This document shows positions 1 to 9,291 of a DNA stretch of 64,000 nt, one piece after another. This DNA is from an uncultured Planctomycetaceae bacterium (lineage in GTDB: Bacteria; Planctomycetota; UBA8742; UBA2392): positions 7,800 through 71,799 of the forward strand of contig CAZZBH010000003.1 of NCBI GenBank assembly GCA_964652605.1, written 5' to 3'. The translations under genes and the position numbers were made by a program. The notes under the pieces are model-generated. The model worked only from the letters and a program-made list of their open reading frames with translations, made no database searches and was not told the origin of the DNA. Position 1 is the first letter of the stretch; every line of letters begins with the position of its first letter.

Positions 1-191
1 GCCATGCCGGGCTCAAGATCGTGCAATCACACGGCCGGCAGGACCCGATGCTGCCGTTTACCTGGGCGGAAAGCCTGCGCGATTGCATGACAGAGCTGGC
101 ATGGCAGGTTGACTGGCTGCCGTTCGACGGCCCACACACGATTTCGCCGGAGGCATTGCGCGCAGCGATCAAGCTGATCGAAAGCGTCTGA
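1..191 (+). CDS. alpha/beta hydrolase (phospholipase/carboxylesterase-like), C-terminal fragment; 5' end lies outside the window
   Basis: Frame open from the window edge (codons from nt 3) to TGA 189-191. Translation is HAGLKIVQSHGRQDPMLPF...FDGPHTISPEALRAAIKLIESV. The HG-x-x-D ... G-x-H spacing resembles the Asp/His end of Abhydrolase_2-type esterases. Confidence 0.4.
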   Translation, partial: HAGLKIVQSHGRQDPMLPFTWAESLRDCMTELAWQVDWLPFDGPHTISPEALRAAIKLIESV

Positions 192-1500
192 GGCGCATGC
201 CAATCAGCGCAATGACGATCAGGGGCAACCACACACGCTGATCGCGGCCTGAACATCCGCCATCGCCGCCGCCGCCGCCGCCGCCGCCGTTGCTGCCCGA
301 GCCGCTGATGTCAAACGGGTCCGACACAGCAGTCGCCAATGCTCCGGAAGTGAACGTGAGCTGGTATCCCGCACCCTGCGTGTCCACTCCCAGTGTAGTG
401 AACACAGCCACACCGCCGACGCACTGCACAGCCGCGACGCCGGTCAGGCCGGCCCCGGCGCTGCCGCTGCTGATGGTGGCAACGACAAGTCCGTTGTACG
501 TCGTGTCGAGCGCGCCAGCGCCGGTGCGTGCCTCGACAACGGGCTGTGGCGACAGCGCCTTGCCGACTCGGGCACCGCCCGGTTGGGTTGTGATAGTGAG
601 CTCGACGGCGGCAATCGCGGCTGCGTTTCCTGACACCGCAAACAGGTACGGGTTGATGGCTGAGTTGTTGAAAATCGAGACCCCCAGGGTGAACGGGCCC
701 GGTGCAGACGGCAGAATCTCAAGCACAAACGTAGCGCTGCCGCCGGGTGCCACTGTGGTTGACGCTGGTTGTGTGACGTTGACGGCGCAGTTGGCGACGG
801 GCGCGGCGGCGACGGCCGGCGTGCCGGTAAGCGAAAGCGGGCCGCTGCCGGTATTGCGGATGGTGAAGGTGTAGCTCTGGCCATTCACGTCGCTGCTCCC
901 TTGCGCGGCTGCCAGGTCGTACGTGCTGCTGATGCCGCTGGAGATCGCCGTGCCGGCAACGTCCTGTACAACCATCTGCGGCGGACTGCCTGTGTTGCTG
1001 ATCGTGTGCGTGCTGCCCTGGATCGGCCCTCCGGTGACCGTCCCCGCCGACACCGTGACCTGCGCGGACGAGGCCGAGAATATGAACGTCGCGCCGTCTT
1101 GTGCTGACAGTGGCAATTCGGCCGTTACCAGAAAGATCGTTTGCAGGTCCGGAATCAGCAGTCGATTGAACCCGCTGAACGACGTGGCGGGCGAAGCCGC
1201 GGTCGCAATCAGTGTTTGCGTAACGCCGCTTGTGCCCAGTTCAAACTGGTACAGCTTCAATGCCGTGTAGTCTGCGGGCGCGGCAGTACCCGCCTGCGTC
1301 AGCGACAAACCGGTGAACAGTATGGGCAGAAGCGGCGACGTGCTGTCACGCGTCAAAACAAAGTTAAACACAGCAGCGTCGGTTGCCCCCGCCTGTACCT
1401 GACCGGCTGGCACCTGCAACGGCGCATCCAACGCGACAGTCTGTGCCACAAGGCTGCACGGCGCGGTCAGCGTGATCAGAAGAAGCAGCAGGGTGCGCAT
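169..1500 (-). CDS. secreted repeat protein with Gly-rich linker and Cys-containing C-terminal sorting-signal-like tail
   Basis: ORF 169..1539. Preferred start is Met14 (CAT at 1498-1500), giving the signal peptide MRTLLLLLITLTAPCSLVAQ. The body has choice-of-anchor-D-like segments (TFTIRNTGSGPLSLTG...APGGSATFVLEILP). The tail is GGGGGGGGDGGCSGRDQRVWLPLIVIALIGMRLRRFRSA. Confidence 0.7.
   Translation of the reverse strand: MRTLLLLLITLTAPCSLVAQTVALDAPLQVPAGQVQAGATDAAVFNFVLTRDSTSPLLPILFTGLSLTQAGTAAPADYTALKLYQFELGTSGVTQTLIATAASPATSFSGFNRLLIPDLQTIFLVTAELPLSAQDGATFIFSASSAQVTVSAGTVTGGPIQGSTHTISNTGSPPQMVVQDVAGTAISSGISSTYDLAAAQGSSDVNGQSYTFTIRNTGSGPLSLTGTPAVAAAPVANCAVNVTQPASTTVAPGGSATFVLEILPSAPGPFTLGVSIFNNSAINPYLFAVSGNAAAIAAVELTITTQPGGARVGKALSPQPVVEARTGAGALDTTYNGLVVATISSGSAGAGLTGVAAVQCVGGVAVFTTLGVDTQGAGYQLTFTSGALATAVSDPFDISGSGSNGGGGGGGGDGGCSGRDQRVWLPLIVIALIGMRLRRFRSA
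265..288. repeat. (GCC)8 trinucleotide microsatellite inside the CDS, encoding the poly-Gly linker
   Basis: Eight perfect GCC units read directly at 265-288. On the minus strand they are GGC codons for the G8 run just before the Cys/TM tail. Confidence 0.9.
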
Positions 1501-1566
1501 GGCGGAGACTCCGGTACGCTCAAAGTCTGCCCGCAACACCCACGCGCGGCAAGGGCACGCAGAGGT

Positions 1567-2106
1567 TCAGCGCCAGTCGTCGGGAGCATCGGGCTCGCCG
1601 GCGGTTTCAAGCCATCCGGCGCGGGCTTCCGGAAACGCGTCGGCGTAGGGGACGTAGGGCTTGATGTCGAGCACCGGGGTGCCGTCCAGCAGGTCGATGC
1701 CGCGCACGTGCAACGTCAAGCCATCCACACCGGTCAGCCTGAGCGCCGACATTGCGATCGGGTTCGGCCGGTGGGGCGAGCGCGTCGAAAACAGCCCGCG
1801 TTTGATGCGCGGGCCGCGCGGCGGAATCACCGACGGCTTCCAGTCTTCGTTCAGGTGAAGCCAGGCCACTAACCAGATGTAGTCAAAGCCCTCCAGGTCT
1901 TTAAGCGCCTGCTCAAAGTTCCAGCCGGACAGCAGCTCAATGCGCGCATCTACGGCGGCATCGGTCAGTGTCTGCGCCGTCACGACCGGTTGGCGCGGAG
2001 TGCCAAAGCGCTCGCGATACGGCGAACGCACATGGCCGATCACGCGCGCGCTGAACGTCTCCGGCGCCGGCAGCGTGTGATCCTGTGGAGGCTTCTTGCG
2101 CTTCAT
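1567..2106 (-). CDS. trmO: tRNA (N6-threonylcarbamoyladenosine(37)-N6)-methyltransferase TrmO (TsaA/YaeB family)
   Basis: 179 aa. Family motifs: RSPYRERFGTPRQP, LEGFDYIWLVAWLH, RSPHRPNPIAMS, LDGTPVLDIKPYVPYAD. Confidence 0.85.
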   Translation of the reverse strand: MKRKKPPQDHTLPAPETFSARVIGHVRSPYRERFGTPRQPVVTAQTLTDAAVDARIELLSGWNFEQALKDLEGFDYIWLVAWLHLNEDWKPSVIPPRGPRIKRGLFSTRSPHRPNPIAMSALRLTGVDGLTLHVRGIDLLDGTPVLDIKPYVPYADAFPEARAGWLETAGEPDAPDDWR

Positions 2107-2115
2107 GAACGCCGC

Positions 2116-2472
2116 CTAATTCGCGCGCCTTAGCAGTGTCAGCAGTGCCGCCTTGAGCTCATCGTGCCCCGCGGTTTTTGCCTCGTCGCGCTTGCCGGGC
2201 AGCACGACGACGTCGCGGCTGCCGAAGGCCGCCTTGTTGCGGCGGAAGATTTCGCGGATTTGCCGCTTCCAGGCGTTGCGCTTGACCGCGTTGCCAAAGC
2301 GCACGCCGACGACCAGTCCAAGCCGGGGATGTTGAAGCTTGTTCTCAAGCCAGTGCACGACCAGGATCTTGCCGCCGACGCTCCGGCCGCGCTCAAAGAC
2401 AGCGTCAAACTCCGCCCGCTTGAGCAGCTTCTCAGCTTTCCGTAATCGTTCGTCTTCCAGATAAGCGTGCAT
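2116..2472 (-). CDS. rnpA: ribonuclease P protein component
   Basis: LRKAEKLLKRAEFDAVFERGRSVGGKILVVHWL...LGLVVGVRFGNAVKRNAWKRQIREIFR is typical RnpA. Start moved to the internal ATG (CAT 2470-2472), giving about 118 aa. The ORF extends to 2547. Confidence 0.85.
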   Translation of the reverse strand: MHAYLEDERLRKAEKLLKRAEFDAVFERGRSVGGKILVVHWLENKLQHPRLGLVVGVRFGNAVKRNAWKRQIREIFRRNKAAFGSRDVVVLPGKRDEAKTAGHDELKAALLTLLRRAN

Positions 2473-2609
2473 GGCCGCGTGAATAGTGTCTAAAGGCAGG
2501 AAGTTAGAAAGGCCCGGCCCGGCTTCGGCTTTCCTGTCGCCCCGCACACTACACTCAACATTCGGCTGACAGGGGAGTGTCCACCGTGCGCAGGGCTATA
2601 TTCGGAAGC

Positions 2610-4982
2610 ATGGCCGAGAAGGGCAAGCTGTTCGATCTTGCTCCCAAGCTGATCGTGAAGGGCCGGTTCATTGAGGTCGCGCTGCCGACGCCTGTGGACC
2701 GCCTGTTCGACTACGCAGTGCCGGAGCCGCTGGCGCACCGCGCGCGTGTCGGCCATCGTGTCACCGTGCCCTTCGGCAAGCGCAGCCTGCAAGGGTTCGT
2801 GGTCACCGAGAAATCGGACTCTTCCCTGATGCGCCACCAGGTCAAGGACATCCTGGAGGCCCCGGACGATGAGCCGCTGGTCAACAAGGGCATGCTTGAG
2901 CTGACACAGTGGATGGCCGACTACTACGCCTGCAGTTGGGGAGAAGCGTTGCAGGCTGTGCTGCCGTCCGTGGTGCGCACCGGGCGCAAGCGCCGCCTTT
3001 TGACTGTCGTGCGCCCCGGCAAGCCACCCGACGAGCTGCTGGCTTTCGCCGAAGAGCTTGAGGCCAAGGCCCGCGATGCAAAAGCCGCCAAAAACGCGGG
3101 CGCCAGCGCCGGCGAGCGCAACCTGTCGTATGCGCGCGTGCTTCGTGCCCTCGGGACATACCTGGACGACACGTTTACGCCGTCTGATTTAGCCGAGCGG
3201 CTTGGCGTCAGCCAGGCACCGATCCGTACACTCGCAAAGCAGGGTTGGGTGCGCTTTGACCGCATCGAGCCCGACCACGCGCCCGGCGGGTTGTACGGCA
3301 GCAGCGCCGAGGACGGGCCCAAGCAGCCGACCGGCGACCAGCAGCTTGCGCTGGAGGCAATCAACGGGGCGCTTGACCGGGACGAGTTCAAGACTTTCTT
3401 GCTGTTCGGCGTAACCGGAAGCGGCAAGACCGAAGTGTATGTGCGGGCCATTGAGCACGCGCTGAAGCTGGGCAAGGCGGCAATCGTGCTGGTGCCCGAA
3501 ATCAGCCTGACGCCGCAGACTGTGCGTCGCTTTGCCACGCGCTTCGAGAATGTCAGCGTGCTGCACAGCAGCATGACCGACCCGCAGCGCCGCGATGCCT
3601 GGCGGGCAATCCGCTCCGGCGAGTCGCGCGTGGTAATCGGCCCGCGCAGCGCGCTGTTCGCGCCGGTCGTGGACCTTGGCCTGGTCGTCGTAGATGAAGA
3701 GCACGAGGGCACATACAAGCAGGACAACACGCCGCGCTATCACGCCCGCGACACGGCAATCATGCGCTGCCGCCTTGAGCACGCCGCTGTCGTGCTGGGC
3801 TCCGCCACGCCAAGCCTGGAGACCTGGCAGAACGCCCAGGCGGGCAAGTATGAGCTGCTTGAGCTGAGAAGTCGTGTCCGGGGCTCGCAGGCAGCAACGC
3901 CGAGCGTCGAACACCAAAGCTCGAATCTCGCTCAGGTCGAGATCATTGACATGGCACAGGAGTGTCGTGAGCAGCACAAATTCACGTACTTTTCGAGGCG
4001 CCTGCGTGGTGCTTGTGCGGCGGCGCTTGAGCGCGACGAGCAGGTAATCATCTTTCTGAACCGCCGCGGCTATCACACGCTGCTTTCTTGCGCGAATTGC
4101 GGCCAGGCCATGATGTGCACGCGCTGCGACGTGCCCATGTCGTATCACCGCGGCCTGCAGAAGATGACCTGCCACTACTGCCTGGAGACTTCTGATCTGC
4201 CGCGCCAGTGCCCTTCCTGCAACGGCGGGCCGCTGCGCCTGCAGGGCATGGGGACGGAACGGCTTGAGGAGGAGCTCAAGGTAGTGTTCGCCGACCGGAG
4301 CATCGCGCGCATGGACAGCGACGTGATGAAGTCGCGCGAAGACTATGAAGAGACGCTGGATGCCTTTCGTGACGGTGACACGCGCATCCTCGTCGGCACG
4401 CAGATGATCGCCAAGGGCCTGGACTTTCCCAACGTGACCGTCGTCGGGGTGGTCAGCGCCGATGTCGGCATGGGTCTTGGCGACTTCCGCAGCTTTGAGC
4501 GCACGTTTCAACTGCTGACGCAGGTCGCCGGGCGCGCCGGCCGCGGCAGCAAGCCCGGCACCGTCGTTGTCCAGACGTTTCAGCCTCAGCACATTTCCAT
4601 TGTGACGGGAGCGCGGCAGGACTATCGGGCCTTCGCTGAATACGAGCTGAAGCACCGCGAGGAAAGCCGATACCCGCCCTACTCTCGGCTCGTGCTTGTA
4701 ACGGTTGAGGCCGGCGACAAGGAAAAGGGCGAACAGGAGGCGGTCAAGATCGCCAACACCGCCCGGGATTTTGCCGGGCGCTTCAAGGGCGCGATTTACG
4801 CGGTTGCCGGGCCGTTCGAGGCGCCCATTGCCCGCCTTCGCGGCAGGTACAGGCGGCAGGTCATCATCAAGGCGCGCGGCTTTCGTGAAGTGCGCGGCGT
4901 GGTGGATGCGATCAAGCCGCTGGTCAAGGTGCAGGAAAGGCTGAAGATCAGCATCGATGTTGACCCCGTCAGCATGCTCTAG
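2610..4982 (+). CDS. priA: primosomal protein N' (replication restart helicase PriA)
   Basis: Walker A GVTGSGKTEVY, DEEHE box and Cys-rich zinc region (CANCGQAMMCTRCDVPMSYH...CHYC...CPSC). ATG 2610 preferred over GTG 2577. Confidence 0.9.
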   Translation: MAEKGKLFDLAPKLIVKGRFIEVALPTPVDRLFDYAVPEPLAHRARVGHRVTVPFGKRSLQGFVVTEKSDSSLMRHQVKDILEAPDDEPLVNKGMLELTQWMADYYACSWGEALQAVLPSVVRTGRKRRLLTVVRPGKPPDELLAFAEELEAKARDAKAAKNAGASAGERNLSYARVLRALGTYLDDTFTPSDLAERLGVSQAPIRTLAKQGWVRFDRIEPDHAPGGLYGSSAEDGPKQPTGDQQLALEAINGALDRDEFKTFLLFGVTGSGKTEVYVRAIEHALKLGKAAIVLVPEISLTPQTVRRFATRFENVSVLHSSMTDPQRRDAWRAIRSGESRVVIGPRSALFAPVVDLGLVVVDEEHEGTYKQDNTPRYHARDTAIMRCRLEHAAVVLGSATPSLETWQNAQAGKYELLELRSRVRGSQAATPSVEHQSSNLAQVEIIDMAQECREQHKFTYFSRRLRGACAAALERDEQVIIFLNRRGYHTLLSCANCGQAMMCTRCDVPMSYHRGLQKMTCHYCLETSDLPRQCPSCNGGPLRLQGMGTERLEEELKVVFADRSIARMDSDVMKSREDYEETLDAFRDGDTRILVGTQMIAKGLDFPNVTVVGVVSADVGMGLGDFRSFERTFQLLTQVAGRAGRGSKPGTVVVQTFQPQHISIVTGARQDYRAFAEYELKHREESRYPPYSRLVLVTVEAGDKEKGEQEAVKIANTARDFAGRFKGAIYAVAGPFEAPIARLRGRYRRQVIIKARGFREVRGVVDAIKPLVKVQERLKISIDVDPVSML

Positions 4983-5304
4983 CATCCGGCGCCTGTCGCG
5001 GCGGTGTTCGAATTGTGGCAGCCATGCTTGAATCCATACATGCCCGTGTTCGACATTCATTGCGCGCAGGTTGAAGAAGACGTGCGCATCGATTTTGGTG
5101 GCGACGCCGTCCGCGGCCGCCCCGAGTTTCGCGGGTTTTCCTGCGAGCATGAATCCGCATGCCAACAAGCAGGAACGCGCTGCGCGTTGTTCGAAAGCGA
5201 CGGCATCGCGCCCTTTGACCCGGCCGATGCGCTTCGCTTCTTCAACTCGTGAGGCCTGCCCGAGATTCGCGCAAGCGGCTGCGCCTGTGTATGCTGCGCG
5301 AACG

Positions 5305-6969
5305 ATGAAGCTGTCACTCAAGCCACAGCACCTGAAGCGCTATCGCCAGATCGCATCGCTGATGCTGCGCTTCGGGTTTGGTGAAGTCGTGCGCGGAAGC
5401 GGTCTTGCTGAGCTGCTTGGCGAAGAGTTGGGCAAGCTGACACAGAAGGCGCAGCCTGACCCGCATGATTTCGTGCACGAGTTGGAAGAGTTGGGCCCAA
5501 CGTTTGTGAAGCTGGGCCAGGTGCTGAGCACACGCGGTGACATGCTGCCGCCGGAGTACGTTTCGGCGCTCAGTGCACTGCAGGATCGTGTCGGGCCGGT
5601 GCCATTTGAGCAGATCGAGCAGGTCGTTGGCGAAGAGTTCGGGCGTAACATCGCGCGCGTCTTCTTGACCTTTGAGCCTGTTCCGGTCGCGTCGGCGTCG
5701 CTGGGCCAGGTGCACCGCGCAACACTGCAGGACGGAACGCACGTTGCAGTGAAGGTTCAGCGGCCGGGCATCCGCGCGCGCCTTGTCGATGACCTGGATG
5801 TGCTGGATGAGGTCGCGGGCGTGCTGGAGTCGGTCAGCGATTTCGCCCGGCGCCACCGCGTGCAGTCGATCGTGGACGATCTGCGCCGCACATTGATGCG
5901 CGAGCTGGACTATCACAGCGAGGCGCAGAATCTTGCAACGCTGGCCGCCAACCTGCGCGGCTTTGATGACATCGTGGTGCCGGCACCGTTTGACGACTAC
6001 ACCACGCAGCGCGTGCTGACGATGGATTATATCGAAGGCTGCAAGCTGACCGAGTTATCCGATGAGCGCCGCGAGGGCCTTGACGGCCTGCGTCTGGCAA
6101 GCCAGTTGCAGAAGTCCTACATGAAGCAGGTGTGCATCGATGGCTTCTTTCACGCCGATCCTCACCCCGGCAACGTTCTTCTGACCCCCGCAAACCGTCT
6201 TGCGTTGATCGATCTGGGTATGGTGGGCCGGGTTTCTCGCGAGATGCGCGAGCGACTGCTGCGCCTTCTGATCGCGCTGGGTGAAGGCCGGGCCGAAGCC
6301 GCTGCCGACCTGGCAGTCAAGATCGGGCAGCCGTCGCGCGACTTTGATGAGCCGGCATTTCGCTCACGCATGAAGACGCTGGTCAACGCGCACCAGGGCG
6401 AGGCCGTGGCCGAGATTCAATTGGGCAAGGTGGTGATTGAGCTGGCGCGGGGGGCGGGCATGGCCGGCATGCGCCCACCGGGTGAGTTGACCATGCTGGG
6501 CAAAGCATTGATGAGCCTGGATGAGCTTGGTCGCTCGCTGTCGCCCGAGTTCGATCCGTACCGCGCGATTCGCGAAGACGCCATCCCGCTCGTGCTGAAG
6601 ATGATGCGGCAGTCGGCTTCGCCGGCTGCGGCGCTGGGCCGAATCCTTGAAGTAAACGAGTTTGCCAACGAGCTGCCGGGGCGCGTCAACAAGATCATGG
6701 ATCGCCTGGCGGAGAACCGGCTCGAGTTCAAGGTGCGCAGCTTTGACGAGACCGAACTGATCGGGGGCTTCCAGAAAGTCGCCAACCGCATCGCGCAGGG
6801 GCTGGTAATCGCCGCGCTGATCGTGGGCGCCGCGCTGCTGATGAGTGTGCAGACCGAGTTCACAATTCTGGGCTACCCGGGGCTGGCGATCCTGCTGTTT
6901 CTGCTGGCGGTAGCAGGCGGCCTTGCGCTGGTGTGGGACATCTGGCGGCATGACCGGCGACGGAAATAG
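5305..6969 (+). CDS. ABC1/AarF/UbiB-family atypical protein kinase with C-terminal TM helices
   Basis: LGPTFVKLGQVLSTRGDMLPPEY, ASASLGQVHRATL..G..VAVKVQRPGI, FFHADPHPGNVL. Two hydrophobic C-terminal helices. Start set at ATG 5305 (MKLSLKPQHLKRY); the upstream part of ORF 5071.. looks non-coding. Confidence 0.85.
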   Translation: MKLSLKPQHLKRYRQIASLMLRFGFGEVVRGSGLAELLGEELGKLTQKAQPDPHDFVHELEELGPTFVKLGQVLSTRGDMLPPEYVSALSALQDRVGPVPFEQIEQVVGEEFGRNIARVFLTFEPVPVASASLGQVHRATLQDGTHVAVKVQRPGIRARLVDDLDVLDEVAGVLESVSDFARRHRVQSIVDDLRRTLMRELDYHSEAQNLATLAANLRGFDDIVVPAPFDDYTTQRVLTMDYIEGCKLTELSDERREGLDGLRLASQLQKSYMKQVCIDGFFHADPHPGNVLLTPANRLALIDLGMVGRVSREMRERLLRLLIALGEGRAEAAADLAVKIGQPSRDFDEPAFRSRMKTLVNAHQGEAVAEIQLGKVVIELARGAGMAGMRPPGELTMLGKALMSLDELGRSLSPEFDPYRAIREDAIPLVLKMMRQSASPAAALGRILEVNEFANELPGRVNKIMDRLAENRLEFKVRSFDETELIGGFQKVANRIAQGLVIAALIVGAALLMSVQTEFTILGYPGLAILLFLLAVAGGLALVWDIWRHDRRRK

Positions 6970-7024
6970 CACGCAGAGTCGCATTTTCCATCAGGATCAG
7001 TCATCCAGCGGAACCAGCAGATTG

Positions 7025-7885
7025 ATGGACAACAGCGAACTCTTTCCTGCCACCTTTCTCCGCCAGCTTGAGGCGCTTGAGGCAGCGCTGATGCGCCTGC
7101 GCGGATCAGTCGGCGAGGGCATTGCCCGCCACGGCCGCGCACAGGGACAGAGCGAGTTCAAGGGTCACCGCCCGTACGCGCGCGGCGACGACCTGCGGCG
7201 GCTTGACTGGAATGCCTACGGGCGCCTGGGCAAGTTGTTTCTTCGTGAGTTCGAGCCCGAGCGCGCCGAAGTGCTGACGCTGCTGGTGGATACTTCGCGA
7301 TCCATGGCGGCGGGCAACCCGGCCAAGCACCTGCTGGCCCGGCGGGTGGCTGCGGCCTTTGGTTATCTTGCGCTGAAGCACGGCGCAGGGGCCGAGGTTG
7401 CGGGCAATGCGCTGTTGCAGGGCCCGGCGCGTTTTCATCGACTGCTGGACGAGCTTGCGATGCTGGAGTTCACCGAGGGTGTGGGCCTGGGTGACGCCAC
7501 GCGCGCGCTGTCGGCGCGGCCGCGCACACCGGCGAATCTTGTGGTGGTGAGTGACGGGCTTGAACCGCTTGAAGCGTTCGCGCCGCTGGCGACGCTGTCG
7601 GGTCGGCGGTGCAGTGTCACGCTTGTGCAAGTGCTTGCTCCCGACGAGGTCAACCCGCCGCTGATCGGCGAAGTCAGCCTGCGCGGCCTTGAAGATTCCG
7701 CGGCGTTGGCGTTAACGCTGGACGCGGCGACCGTGGCGGCCTATCGCGCCGAGCTTGCGGTGCATCTTGACGCGATCGGCGCGATTGCGCTGCGCCACGG
7801 CTGGACGTACGCCGTGGCGGAAAGCGACGCCGACGTGCGCGGGTTGATGCTGGATGGCCTGCTGTCGGCAGGAGCCGCGCGATGA
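7025..7885 (+). CDS. DUF58 domain protein (vWA-like, MoxR/Bat-cluster type)
   Basis: FKGHRPYARGDDLRRLDWNAYGRLGKLFLREFEPERAEVLTLLVDTSRSM is the DUF58 signature. ATG at 7025. Confidence 0.8.
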   Translation: MDNSELFPATFLRQLEALEAALMRLRGSVGEGIARHGRAQGQSEFKGHRPYARGDDLRRLDWNAYGRLGKLFLREFEPERAEVLTLLVDTSRSMAAGNPAKHLLARRVAAAFGYLALKHGAGAEVAGNALLQGPARFHRLLDELAMLEFTEGVGLGDATRALSARPRTPANLVVVSDGLEPLEAFAPLATLSGRRCSVTLVQVLAPDEVNPPLIGEVSLRGLEDSAALALTLDAATVAAYRAELAVHLDAIGAIALRHGWTYAVAESDADVRGLMLDGLLSAGAAR

Positions 7886-9291
7886 CGCTGCTTTCACTGC
7901 CTGCGTTACTGCTGCTGGCGGCACTGGGCGTGCTGCTGTGGCTGGCGCTGCAACGGCGCGAACCCGCCCGGCTTGAAGTCGGCACGCTGCTGCTGTGGCG
8001 GCGAGTGGCCCAGAAGTCCTCGTCCGCACCTCGCAGCCGCCGAAGGCTTGAGCCTCTGTTGTGGCTGCTGCTGGTGGCGGCGGCTATGGGCGCGTTGGGA
8101 GCGGCGAGGCCAGCAATGTTGCAGGCGGCACGCACGCCACGCGTGGCGGTGTTCATCGAGCGCGCGGGAGCGGGCGACATTGAGCCGGCACTGGCGCAGG
8201 CGCTCGATCGGGCGCGGGCGCTGGCAAAGGGCAGTGAGCTGGAATTCTACATGCCGCTGACAACGCGGGTGGAAGGCGCACCAGATGGCTTGGTCATGCT
8301 CTCGCCGGGCGCGATCGAGGCCGAACTTGCGCAGTTCGAGCGCCGTACCGCGCACGCAGACCAGCGTCTGCTGTTGCTGTGCACACCGCACCCCGCTGCG
8401 TCGCGCATTGGCGTCGTCGCGAATCGCGTCACCCTGGCAGCGCGGGGCGTGATGTACCAGGCGACGGTGCAGGGCAGCGAGTTACTGACGCGCTCAAGCC
8501 CCGGCCCGTCGCCGCAAGCTCAGGGGCTGACGCTGATCGAGGAACGCGACGGCGGAGAAGTGATGCACCGATGGGCCGTTGAAGATCTGCCGGCAACGCT
8601 GACCGACGCCAGCGGCCATCAAGTCCGCGTGGTGGCTATGCCATTTGTGGTTGCCGCCGGGAACGACTGGGCCAGCGCGCGCCACCAGGTTCTGCTGGCC
8701 GCGCTGGGTGCCGATGCGCCGGGCGCGGGCAACGCGCAGGTCTGGCTGGGCGACAATGAACGCGCTCCCGCCATTCGGATCAATCAAGGTGAGCCAACCG
8801 ACACCACCGACCTGGAAGTCAGCTACGACCCCGCTCACAGCCTGTTTGACCAGCTTCCTCTCGGCGGCTTGAACTGGGCCGCCGGCGGCCGCGTGATGAC
8901 GCCCCAGCCGGGGCGCCGTGCGCTGGTGACTGGCGTTCGCGACGGCGCACCCGTGGGTGACCTCGTGACTCTGGATGCCTCGGGCCGCGTGCTGCGATTT
9001 GCGGGCGATCCGTTTTCGATTGCGCCGGTGCAGGATGCTGCACTGCTGCTTGATAACTCCGTGGGCGTGGTGACCGGCAGACGCCCGTCCGCGGGAGACC
9101 GGATTGCCGTGCAGGGTGAGCTGCCCTCGGCGCGGGCGGCGCACGCCAAGCCATTCACGCAACAGGGAACGATCAGCGCGGGTGCGCATCGGGATGAGCC
9201 GCGCGAGTGGACAAGCTGGGTGCTGGCGCTGTCGGCGTGTGCGGCGCTGGCGGCTGCGCTGCTCAGCGTGAGCGGTCCTCGTCAACCTTGA
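7882..9291 (+). CDS. membrane protein with BatA-type N-terminal double-TM anchor and a C-terminal TM helix
   Basis: ATGA overlap with the DUF58 stop. N-terminus MTLLSLPALLLLAALGVLLWLALQRRE...LLLWRRV resembles the aerotolerance-regulator N-terminal domain. C-terminal hydrophobic helix WVLALSACAALAAALL. Confidence 0.6.
   Translation: MTLLSLPALLLLAALGVLLWLALQRREPARLEVGTLLLWRRVAQKSSSAPRSRRRLEPLLWLLLVAAAMGALGAARPAMLQAARTPRVAVFIERAGAGDIEPALAQALDRARALAKGSELEFYMPLTTRVEGAPDGLVMLSPGAIEAELAQFERRTAHADQRLLLLCTPHPAASRIGVVANRVTLAARGVMYQATVQGSELLTRSSPGPSPQAQGLTLIEERDGGEVMHRWAVEDLPATLTDASGHQVRVVAMPFVVAAGNDWASARHQVLLAALGADAPGAGNAQVWLGDNERAPAIRINQGEPTDTTDLEVSYDPAHSLFDQLPLGGLNWAAGGRVMTPQPGRRALVTGVRDGAPVGDLVTLDASGRVLRFAGDPFSIAPVQDAALLLDNSVGVVTGRRPSAGDRIAVQGELPSARAAHAKPFTQQGTISAGAHRDEPREWTSWVLALSACAALAAALLSVSGPRQP

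Noticed and set aside
2473-2609. Looked for rpmH (L34, about 45 aa and below the ORF-track cutoff) upstream of rnpA, where it normally lies.
   Set aside because: Translating the minus strand of the 137-nt gap gives nothing like MKRTFQPS...; rpmH must be elsewhere. The unlinked rnpA is noted but not pursued.
3189-5321. 710-aa minus-strand ORF antisense to priA. Similar long antisense or overlapping ORFs occur elsewhere, for example 12281..13273, 18103..19464, 39992..41710, 43173..44120 and 55503..56774.
   Set aside because: Each lies opposite a gene with clear family motifs. Their translations are Arg/Ala/Gly/Pro-rich low-complexity strings with no motifs. Stop-codon scarcity in ~70% G+C DNA explains them.
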